A stretch of 54,626 nucleotides of DNA, counting the filler, from Catajapyx aquilonaris (Eukaryota): the NCBI GenBank assembly GCA_000934665.2. It is 2 parts of 2 records of this genome, joined end to end, with 100 filler letters (N's around TTAATTAATTAA, not from the genome) between each part and the next. Parts side by side here need not be neighbours in the genome. Positions count along the whole stretch, not along the records: positions 27,167 to 54,626 come from JYFJ02005120.1; 1 more part is not named here. One strand, 5' to 3'. The position numbers and the translations under genes are program-made. Numbering within the stretch: the first letter of the stretch is position 1; each line of letters opens with the position of its first letter. Of the stretch, positions 36,535-48,500 are shown piece after piece. The notes under the pieces were generated by a model. That model saw nothing but the letters and a program-made list of their open reading frames with translations. It was not told the DNA's origin and did not search any database.

Positions 36535-39500
36535 TCAACAAGAGGAGCTCCTGAGGTCGGAAAGGTCAGCCAGAATCCTGGTGGTCAGTTCCGATGTGGA
36601 GGCAGGCACCTGGACGTTCGGGGCCAAGTCGCTGGGAACCATTTTGGCGGGGGAAGATTTAGCAGAGGACGATCGCAACACACCGTTGTTTTTCACCTGG
36701 GAGACGTACCTCTCCTTCAGCTGTGCCAGGGCCGTCAGCAGGTGAGTGTTGGCCGCATCCAACGCCTGAATCTTCTGCTCCTGCGCGTGGATCACACGGT
36801 CCTTGCGGTCCAGCAGCTCGGCCAGCTCAAGCTGCTCACGGCGAAGATCCTCCTCCGTACTCAGCAACCTATGAGAAACAATCAGTCGAGCCCAACGTAT
36901 CGCTAACGAAGCAACAAACCTGGACACAAGATGTCTCATTTCTTCCTCGTTAACCGGCGCATTCTTGGGCCTGTTTTTCCTCTCTTCCTCTTCCGGATCC
37001 TCCATCGGGCGTCCCAGGAGGCTGATTCCAGATGACGGCGACGGGGTGTCGTTTCTGAACAGTCTCTCCTCCGCCCGACTCAGCTTCGACTGAAGCGCTT
37101 CCATAGCCGTCCTCAACTCTATAATTTCACGCTCGTACTCCTTCGAGAATCCCGTGGTCGTAACAGGAGTTGTGCTGGTCAGCGGCTTCTTCGTGCTCGG
37201 TGGGGTCTGGTCAGCAGTACTGTTAAACCTCGTCTCCTCCTCATCCTCCTCTGCAGCTCCCAATGATGAGTCCGAGTCGTAATCAGGGTGCGGCCACGGT
37301 TCAGCCTCAGCTCCTTCAGCCGACACGCGGCGAAGCTTGTGACCATTCAAGTCTGTCGGTGGTCGTATAACTTCAGCATGATGGGGTGACCTTTGGCTGG
37401 GCAGACCGCATCTTGGGTTGGTCCTCGGTGCATGAATCAAGTGAGGTCTAGCTGCAAACCTTCGGTCGTTTGGTGGGGTGGACAAGCAAGAAGTCGAGTC
37501 TGACGACGAGCTTGATGAACGGGGTCGTCTTACGCCACCGCTGCCGCCTCCACTCGACACAACCTTTGTACTGTCCTCCGCACTGTGCGACCCCAAACTA
37601 CTGCACGGGCTTGCCTTCACGTTATCGCTGACCTGACCATTGTTGACATTGTTGTTGACCCTATCTTGATTAGCGCCGGACTCAACAGGACTGCAGCTGG
37701 GACTGTACGCAAAGCTCTGGTATCCCGAACTTGCTATGTTGGACAGCTGTGATATTGATATTTGGCTTCCTTGACCTGTGACCTCGTTCCCATTGACGTG
37801 ACCTCTCTGCCGGTTCTGAGCCAGATTTTGGTACACAGCCTGCTGGGCCTTGGGCAGCCCTGGAGTCTCCGAGAGCTGACCGTGTATAATGGCCTGGGTC
37901 GCATTGTTGTGTTTTGTATCGGGGCTTCCGTCCAATGCGCTGAACAACACATAGTCGTCAGCTGTCGTGAGGTCGGCAGCAGCGGTACGACGGCCACTCA
38001 TCAAGCAGGTGTTGCGTGGGAGGGTCGAAGGTCGGTTGGCACCGGGAGCAACTGCAGAGTTCGGAGGCAAAGCAGACAGCACTGGACCGAAACTCTTGTT
38101 GCAAGCGGTGGGATCGTTGAAGCTGCAAGTTCATCAGGTTTAGCTTCAACCAACGACAATTAACCAGCGATTATTACCTGAAAATATTCCTCTGCAGACT
38201 CTGGTATATGGGCCTCTCCTGTTCCAAAGCGGGTGTGCTTGGCGCAGGCGTGCTCAGCGGACGCAGGAATGTGATGGCTGGCCTCGTCAGCGCAGCGGTC
38301 AACCCGTCCAGTATGTGCTGGAGTTTCTCCAGCTCAGGCAGGGTGTTCTGGAAATGAGTCGGTCAATATACTGGAACACCACAATTAAAAATTCCGTCCG
38401 CTAACCTTTGGACAAATCTTTGCTACACTTTCCGTCAGGAGGTTGTGAAGGATGCTGAGGTGCTTCCCGACGTCAATGTAGCCGTCAAACTCAAACATCG
38501 ACTCATCTTTGGAAACTGGACTCTGTAAAAGTAAGGTACTTGGTAAGGGTTGTTACTTGAAGAGTCACCGGTGCAACTCACAGAAATCTGCCTGAGGAAG
38601 GTCTTCATGGCAGGCGCCTCCTTCTCCAGGAAGTCGTTCATGAATTCCATGAAATTCTCCTTCCCCTGGAAGCGGGTGAAGTTGGCCAACGTCTGCAGCA
38701 CTTTCGCCATGAGCGTCAGATTGCGCGCTGCCTTCTCATTCGGATACTCTGTCAATTCAAGCATTGCGATCAGTCAAGTTCGGTGGCCGAGAGTCGACCG
38801 AAGCTTACCGTGAGTGATGCTGAAGAGACTAGGCGAGAGGATGGCAGGGCACAGGAAGCGGAGGAAAATGCAGGCGGATATCAGATGCTCGCTCAGCTCC
38901 GCTTTCCCCAGTGCGGCCAGGCGCTCTCGGTACAAGTTAAAGCAGTCCTGCAGCTCTCTGAAATTCAACATCAAAAATCAACAATGTCCATCTACATGTC
39001 CTGCTCAACTTACAGTGGAAATGCATGGTACGAGTTGAGTATCTTCCTCCATATCATCTCCACCGCAGTTCGAAGGTTCTGCTGGTGCTGCCTTAGAGAG
39101 GTGCCAGGATTCAGCTTGAGTGTATCCACCTCGCAGTCAGCATCGCCTTTCAGGATGGTGGCCAGGGCATCACCGAGAGTGTCGTGAAGGTAGCGGTCGC
39201 CCACCAACTTCATGTACGCCTCCATAGCCTTGGTAGCAATCGAGTTGCCTCGGAACATCAGGCACTCGTCATCTGCGGAGAATACAAAGCGATTACTGTC
39301 AACTCTTCCAGCGTTACGCCAAACTCGTACCTATCCTGTGTATCTCGGCCATGACAATATCGGCCAGGAAGGTCCGCACACACCCTTCCCTCTGCAGGAT
39401 ATGGACCAGCGCAGTAGCTATCTCCTCCTTGGCCCTTACGCCAACAGCCGGCTCCAGCGACTCACAAAGATGACACGCATTGTGCTTCAGGTACTGCAGG

Positions 39501-42500
39501 AAGTCTTTGTAGATGTCAATGGGCAGGATGTCGATGGTCTGAAACTTGCACTTGATCCTCAGAGCTGGAGGATTCTTGGCCTGTCCCTTCTCGGTAGCCA
39601 CCCTGTACCACTTCTCGTTCAGGTGGCGGCTTGTGACTAGCTGGACAGGGATGTTGACCGCTCCTTTAAATTAAAAATGAGATTCGTTAGCTGCACATTA
39701 CTTCAAGGCATGAGACGCTCCGTACCGATTAGTGCATTTTTGTCCTTCTTCTTCCTCCGATCAGCCTCTCGGTACAGCCGCACATGTATGTTGTTAACAG
39801 GCGGGAGGTTGTTGAATTCAAAGTGCTCGCCCCAGAAGCACAGTTCGCCTTTTGCCTTGCTTGAAGTCCGTGCGTAGAGCATCCCATCCAGAGACAGCTC
39901 GCAAAAGTAGCTGCAATTAATAAAGTAGTTAGTAAAATACCGCATGGCACATCCGATTAAATAGCTCACTTCTTTTTGGAAGCGACACCCTTAGCCTCCA
40001 GGATCCACAGCTTCAGTGAATTCTCGGTCCGCCTCACGTGCTCCATGTCTGGCTGCACCGTCTTCCTCAGGCTCTGGACCCAATGCTCTCGTTCCTCTGC
40101 ACTTGAGCAGGCGAAGTAGCGCGTACCGGCTGGAGTTGTCACTTGGAAGCAATGCTCCTGCCCTAAGACTGACGGATGAAGAGGCTTCACCGTGATGTCC
40201 CCACCGGCCAGGTCAAGCGTCTGCATGGCCGCAGGTGACAGGAGAGACTCATGGGAGCGGGAAGCCCGCAGCCGTGACGGCGGAACACTGCAAAGAGCAA
40301 ATGTTGTATAGTAATAAAATAAGTACAGATTACAGAACATTCTAAAAGTACATGCCAAATTAAACCCGGGCCATCTTCATTTCATATCTACTCGACCTTT
40401 TGCCAGCCTATGAATTAGCTTTATTAAAACTTCTTCCTGATGACAGAAAACTTCACACTCACACTACACCCTGGGTTATCAAATGTCAACAACTTTATTG
40501 GCTGCAGAGTCAACGAACAGTGCTTCATAGAAAGCGCTATCACTAGTGTCAACTGATTAAAAACCTAACCAATAAATAAAAATGGGGAGGTCATATCTTT
40601 TGAATTTCATATGAGACAAATTGATGGGCGCCAATTATTCAAATGGTGATAATATGCTCTATCAGAGGCCGCTGACGTCAGCAAATATGACGTCATTAAT
40701 CAAATATGGCCGCCAGCCGCACGTGAACAGCTTTTAAAACTTGAAAGAAACGGATCCTAGGAAAAGCCAGACCCAGTCCTCTTTATCGGGCAATAAACCC
40801 AGATTACGAGCAGCCCAAAATGGAAGTCAGTGTGAGCGTGGTCCTCCTGTTCTTACTTAGGAGCCTTAGAGAGGCACTATCTGGCTGGGGGGGAGGTCTA
40901 TTAGGAACCAATCTTCCCCCCGGAGAGAGGAAGCGTCTGGCAGGCCCATTTCTGGCATGGAAATGTCGTCTGATTTGCATCGGCGCCTTATTCACACCAT
41001 CAGTCTTCAATATAGACTAGACATGCCATGATGATAGGCAGAGTTCATCCATTGTTGTCTTTATATTTCTCCAGCAGAACATTTTCCAGCCACATTCTTT
41101 TCTAGCAGGAATAATGTTTTCAGGCTCACTTTTCCCCCCCATGGGCGTATCCGATCCGACGCGTAGTTCCCTCAACCTCAACATATTGGAAAAAGCCTGG
41201 TGGTGACGGCTCTCTAAGGACACCCATTTTCTTTTTCTCTCTCCTTCTTCGGCCGTCCCTATCCTGGAAGGCTCATAATTCGCACAGCTAAGTTCCATTC
41301 CCCACACGTGTTCATCGCCCACCCTCAACTTGGCAGGGGAGGCTTATACACACCATAAGGAATGGCTGCTTCATCCCACCCCCAGACCCTCTGAGCCTTT
41401 GGAAAGCTTCAAAATGCCCAGTCTGCCCATCTTTTTTCTTTTCTTTTCTTCCGCTCGCCTGAAGCTTCAACCACAGAAGAAAGAATGGTTTCATGATGGG
41501 GGATATTTCTGAAGGGAGATAACAAAAATTCAGCCCGGTTTCTGGGGGTTGGGGAGGCTCAGTCCTCAGTGTGAAAAGCAGCAGGAAATAGCCAGGCTGT
41601 TTCCCCGCTTGATTAATAGCGCCAGGGGTTGGGGCCAGGCGAGAGTTGTCCCAAAAATACGACCAAGAGACACGTTTGTCTCCAGAGGGGTTTGAACCCA
41701 GAAGCGTGGTACCACATTCCTCACACAGATGCCATTCATTTACATTTAATGTTGTACTGGTGTCGCCACAATGGCGGCAAAAGAGCGAATCGAAATTGGC
41801 CTCCGGATGACCACCTTCACTTTATTCGTGCGACCGATGCTCAACTCGCTCTTTTGCCGACACCAGTCGCGCCACCAGTACACTGTACGACACCGGACAG
41901 AGGCACAAGTCTTTTGGGCACGTTGGTTCAATGGATGCCTCCCATGAGATGTGTCCCGGATAGCGGTTGAAATAGCGGCCCTGGACGTGCCTCAGGACAC
42001 CTCGTAAAGTGGACAGTCAAATTGTCCTCGAGAGAAAGAAAACGGTTGGTCCAACCTTACCCACACAGAAAAAAGTGCCAACTTTCCAACATATTTTCAC
42101 CATTTTTATTTTAAAAAATCTGCTCAAAGTGACGTTACCTGTCTGGATCCAGCGCATTTCTCTTCCTCTCAAGCTTGGTCACGCTTTTGGTCCTCTTCAA
42201 CGGGTTGCCTTTGAACGACCTCTTGGAGAAGAACGTCTGAAACAAACAAATTTTTTGCAATGAAAACGCGTCCATATATCTGGCCATCCATCTTTCAGAC
42301 AGCACAAAACATCGACAAAACTGCGGTCGAATCGGTTATACGGCTACCAAACTTGACAACTAAAAAAAAAGTTTTTCAATATCCCTCCAAACAGCCATAT
42401 AGGGGGGTCCACCACCTGTTCTGACAAGCAATGGCCTCTCTCTCCCATGAGAGAGCTAACAGCAGGGTTCCGCCAAAAAGTTTATATAGAACCCCAACGG

Positions 42501-45500
42501 CTCAGAAAAATAATAATAAAAAGAGTCAAGCCACCCCCTCGGATTAAGACTTAAGCAGGAAAGATGGGACATGGTGACGGGCAAATGGCATTTTTTTGAT
42601 GTGGAACAATAGGGAATGTTTGCTCCGAGAGTGAACATCTGCTGAACGCACCCTACGACGGCCCAAAGTTCTGAACCCACCCCCGTCGTGCCATTTGAAC
42701 AGTTTTCTTTTCCTTTTTTATTCAGGATATCATTTTCCCAACGACGCTGTGTCGACACTTTTTTTTTTTCCTTTACTTTCTCCTCCTGATAACATTAGTC
42801 GCCGGGTGTAAAGGAAAAGCTTTTGGCCGTGTCCTGCCTGAAAACGGTTTGCCTCCAGCTTAGATTAGCAAAGGGAGCATTAAACGCCAGCAGATTGGCT
42901 CGTTTCTTGGAGGGGGTGCAGTCTAATGGGACGATGGAAAGGGGGGACGGAAACGCCTAATGTTGCGATACCGCCTGACAAAAAACATGCCAAAATCGAC
43001 AGTTTAATCGCGAAATTTAACAATTACATTATGACATCATCGTGGACGCCATGTTCGTGACGTCATGTCCGCCATTTTGGTGATGTCATGGTAGCCATAT
43101 TGCTGACGTCATGGTAGCCATATTGCTGACGTCACCAATTCAATATGGCGACGTCGCGCACGAAATTTCTCATTGGTTGCTCGTAAAAAATGAGCAGAAA
43201 TCCGGTTTTATCGCCAAAAATTTGAGCACGGATGACATGAGGCGTCTTTGCAGAATTTTGCATCCTGGCAATGGTAGGAATGCTGCAGGGTAGGAAGCAA
43301 ACCGAGCAAACAAGTAAGTTTCAAGGGAGAAGCATTTTGCTGACTTGCGATGTTTGCATATATAGAGAGAGGAAACTCTGGTATTGGCAGAGGGTTGCTT
43401 GGAGAGGGTTCTCTGCCATTTTTTTTGTGTGCAAAAATATATGGGGGATGCTCTTATGGACCACTACACAGGTTATTGGGGGAAGGGGTCATAACACCCT
43501 GGAATATCACGCAAGGAGCTATGCCGGATTATTGAGGTCGTTTTTCCAGCAAGCGCAGCCAGATCGTGAAGCGCGTCCCGATTGCTCGAAACCGGCTCCA
43601 TTCGACGCTCATCGAAAATTAAAGGCGAATTAAACGGAAGCGCTTCCAAGCCAAACGAGCTAAGAAGATTGCATTGTGAGCAATGTACAGCATCTTATTT
43701 TTACGGTACAGCAGCGTTTATTTTTATTGATATTTATTACAACAGCGAACATCTTGGTCAAACTTGGCAACACTGCTCCCAGCCCACTGTGGACGTAGTA
43801 CCACACGTCGCATATAGATGGCGCGGGCAGGGGCACGATTTTATTAATTTTTATTAATTATTAATTTTCTTAAATTGGGGACAGCTCCAGAGCTAAAGAT
43901 GGCACCGGAAGTGTGTACGGAAGTGGATATACTCACCACTAGCCTGGAAGGTGTCGTTTCTGCAGTGCGTCCTCCCAACAGGGGCGTAGCCGGAGCGCTG
44001 CCCCTGCGATCTCCGCATGCCTTCTCGTACGAAGTGTCTAAAAAGAGATGGTAAAGAAAAAAGAGATGGTAAAGAAAAACGAGTGTTTAAAATGTCAACA
44101 TTGCTGCCCAATCGATATAGAGATTTAATAATAATAAAAAACAGGGAAGGTGGGCGACCCTGAGTCTACCTGGCTAAAACGGAAGTGTGCGTGAGTGACA
44201 TGCACCACCGAAGCCAGACATGGCGACGCCCCAATGCTAATCACCACAAAAGTTGAGCCCCACCCCAAAATTATACTCTCTCGGCACAATGCAACCAACA
44301 GCAGCACGTGCTCTACACAGATTGACAAGTCCTGGACTACTCTATAAACTTGGCAACACTGCCCGGCCCTCCGACTGTCCATCCGGTACTATGGGCGCCA
44401 AAAAAATTGACCGGCGTTGATGGGTATATAGCGCCATATACCCATCAACTCCGGTCAATTCTTTTGGCGCCCATAGTACATTTCTCACACATATATGACA
44501 CGCTGCCATCTCAGTGCACGTTGGTGATGAGTCACATCGCGGACAAAGCCCACCAGGGGTGCTATAATAACCAGCATGTCTCGCCTCCATTGAGGTCAAT
44601 ATTGAAGTGGGTCCCACCCTCTCTGACCGCTATATGTCCGTTCAACAATAATTATACACGGACAAAGAAGCGGACAGACAGAATAAGAGGATTAGTATAC
44701 TGTATAGGGGCCGAGTGTTGCCTTCATCTGCCGCATAGTATAGTGGCTACACATCGATGCAATGCAGCAATCCCCTGCAGTGTGTCGCGAGATACAGCAT
44801 ACAAATTCTGCTCTGGAGTATTCCAGTCGAGAAAATAAAAAAGGGGGGGCAAGGAAGCCAATCTCTTCTCGCCTCCTTTACACAAAAAAAAAAAAGGCGT
44901 CTGCTTTCCATCCGTCGGATCCACTTTTCTAAATCACGGGCCTATCAGTTACCGCCAGGGGAACCGGGGACAGTTTATCATTCCCTAGCTTTTCATGGAT
45001 CAATGTTTTTTCTTTGAAATTATTCCCACCAGAACTTAAGATTTTCTCCAGCTCCAGGAAAAAAATTGGTCCTCGTGCTGAATCCTCCTGGCAGGAACCA
45101 TCAAAGAATTAGTCCACTTCTAGAGGGAATATAAATGGAAGGCGAAGTGCACGTGTCCTCTTTCCCCCCCAAATTTAAATTTCAACCTTGCACAAAGATG
45201 GTGGGTATAAGAATCTTCTCCTTCTCTCCCCACACCCCTCTCCACGGAAATTCTAGGAGCACCCCCCCAGTCACTGAGTCGGTGAGAAATGACATCATTA
45301 GCAGCTCATGTCAAGATTCCTCAGCCCGTAAACTTGTGCCCGAAGCGTTAATGGCCAGCAATTCTCAGCACCATTCCCCCCAAACCCAACATTTACTGGA
45401 AGGCACCCAGTGGCGAGGAAAAACCTCCGGTATAAAATACGTAATAGTAAAACCCACAGTTTTAGCCCAAAGTAATACTATACCGCTCGCATAGACTCAT

Positions 45501-48500
45501 GTGGACAAACATAGGCACAGACTCAATCCAGTCTTATATAATAAACTAGAAAGTTTGTCTGTATGTCCGGGCTACCTAGCTCACTTCCGGACTACTGAGA
45601 GTGCTGAAACTTTTCTCTATATATCTTTATATATAAAACATGTCTGTATGTCCGGGCTATACATAACCCACTTCCGGACTGCTGAGGGCTGAAACTTGGC
45701 ACAGGGAACAAACCCAAACTTTTTTGAGCCATAGTTCCCCCAAATCTATGATTTTTCAAAAGTATACCCAGTTACTTACGGTTTGTAATTTACTGCGGGT
45801 TAATTCATTGCCAAATGACACAAACTGAGCTTAAATCGGCTAACTCGTGACATAACTGGGATTCATGATGATTTGGCAAAGCGGCCAGAGTTTAGTATCG
45901 ATAAGCTGTCGTTTTGTCAGGCGCTGACGGAAGGTCGTGACGTCAATGTTTACTGCTCGATTTACTAGGTATGTTATGGTAACGACACGTGTTGCGGAGG
46001 AAAAAATGGGGCAAGAATATAGATTTTATGGGCTCGTTTTTAAGGATTTTTACCGGTCGCTTTTTTTTCGGGGGGCATAAATTCGCAAATCTTCCATCAC
46101 CTGGTGCTTGAACCAAAAATGGCAACACGAGCAAAAAACTTTGTTTACCGCAACTTTTTTTAAGTGTCGTCTAAAATAACTCCGGAGTGAGTGTGTGCTG
46201 GTGTCCCCTAGACGCAAACCATGCCAGCTCCATTGAGAGTGTGAGGCAAGAGGGGCTTTTGCCAAAAACTGGGTCGGATTCAACAATGGTAATCCATTTT
46301 TGGCAAATAGTTACGTGGCTGCCGACAAAAGCATTTGGTTACGGTTTTGGCAAGACGCTGGCTTTGTTCGTGTCACAACAGTTTGGAGACACATTGGAAT
46401 TCTGCGGGTCTGCGCCTCTGTTTGTCCCCGTTGTCATCTACGTAAAGGATCTGGTACTACGTCCACTGAATACTCCCAATTTTCTCCAGCGTCTGTCCAG
46501 AGAAAGACAGCATAGGGCCCTCCAGTCAAATTGAACAATGGCTGCTGCGAATATTCGCCAAAATCCTTACTGGTCGGCATCGAAGCGGAATATCTCTCCC
46601 TTCCTCTGCACAATAGTAACCCAGGCAAGGCCTTCCCCTAATAAATAATGAGAGGCAGCTTCGCAGAAACACATCCAATTCTGAAAGTGGCAATAACCTC
46701 CTCCCCCCCCCCCTCTCTCTCNCCCCCCTCTCTCTCTCTCTCTCTCTCTTCGTCGATACGGGAAATGAATCCGGAGCTTCTGCCAACTCCTTCCTTTTTC
46801 CAGCCCATTAGCTCAATTAATATCGAGATGGGGAGAGAAGGCCCCGGATTCTGCCAAAATTTTGGCAATCCAGCGCATATCAAAAACTTTTCCACTGTAT
46901 ACATAAAAAGTTTTCTCAAATTCGGATGCTAAATGTATATAGCAGCGTCGAAAACACACATTGCATACAAATCTTGGGAAAATTTGGCGAAAATGTTACT
47001 TTACAAAATTTGCCCAGATGTTGGCATTTTCTTTGCCAAAAATTCAGTTTGGCTCGTGCGTGACGAATCGCATGATTTTCCCAGGCTAATTGGTCCGAAT
47101 ATCCTCCTTCCTCCTATACGTCTCCGCCCCACCTATAAAAGCACCTGCGAAGTTTTTTTTATGTTTGTTTGCAAAAATCTCCCAGGCTGCCTCTCTACCC
47201 TTGAGGATGCAGGAAAAATTCCGAGTGCAATTTTCACTTGTTCTGTTCTGGAAACCGAGTTAATCACTATTATGATACAAACGCAGCACGCACAATCATC
47301 CAGCATTGTTTTGTAGTTTTCCCAAAAAGACACGCAACTAGGGGGGGAGGGTTTTCACTCCGAAGTGAAAATGGACGTAATTTTTTTTTCGCCATTGTTA
47401 TTAAACCCCTAGAGTAATAAAGCTTCGGATGAGTCACGGAGTCATTCCGCAAAGTGCATTATATCTCGTTAAAAAATCGCCAAGAATGCAAACCTACCAT
47501 GGGGAAAATTCCTGTCGCATTCTTCTCTTAAAAAAAAATCATTACGTTTCATTCAAATTTTCAGTTCACGTTTTAATTTTTCTGGATTGATCCAGGTGAC
47601 ATCACACTACCGATACCGTCTCCCCCCCATAGAAACGTGCGAAATGCACACAAAACCTGCTGGAGGGAAACCGTGTCCCCAATATGCGATTAGCCCCCTG
47701 TTGGATCGAAGCCCCATTAATTGCGCCGGTGGGCATTAAGGTGTCCCCGTCTTTTTTATAGCACAAAATGCATATTACAGGGGCACTATTTGCCACTTAA
47801 ATCACCTGAATTTGGAGCCGTGCCAATATTTGGGGGCTTATCAGGCTGGTCCCATGCCCTCAAGGTGCTGCAAATACAGGCCAATGTACTCGTTGGGCCA
47901 ATACGAATCGAAAATGTAGAGGCGTGAAATGTCGAAAACCTAGCCGTTAACGACGTACATCGCTGGTGGCGCCCATGCGGCACAAGAGTGAAGCTGTTCG
48001 CTGTCGGCAGCGCCGGCAGCGCCACCGCTACAACATTAATGTCCAGCACTGTATGTCGTTAACGGTTCTGATTTCGATATTTCGCCCCTCTACATTTTTG
48101 ATTTGTACGGATCAAACGAGTCTACTGGCATAGTTTTGACCCCACCCAGCAGCTGCTCCAAACTTCAGGAAATGTTCCGCCTTCCCGCGCTTTACCCCAT
48201 ATTGTCCTGTCCATCTCTAAGCAGCGGGGTCAGCACCTGTCCTTACTTCAACTGCTGGCTGTACACAAGCTTTTTTTCCCGGAAGTGTGCATTGATCGAG
48301 AGAAGGGCGCCACATGGTCCTCTGTAGGGTCAACTCGGACCCCCCTAACTTGCCCTTATTGGAAAGGGGGGGCAGGAAAAGGAGGCCCTTCCGTCCGCTG
48401 AATCATATATGAACTTTGGGAGAAGGGAAGGCCTTATCGATCCTTCATCTCGAACCAAATAGTTTTGTCTCAACACACGTTCCTCCAATAAAATATATCG

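Noticed and set aside
36394..39877. Plus-strand ORFs antisense to RasGAP exons
   Set aside because: Antisense shadows of coding sequence with no recognisable domains.
46126..47058. CACGA...TCGTG ends and TTTGCCAAAA inverted motifs suggesting CACTA-like elements
   Set aside because: Terminal matches are too short, and no TSD or clear boundaries could be defined.
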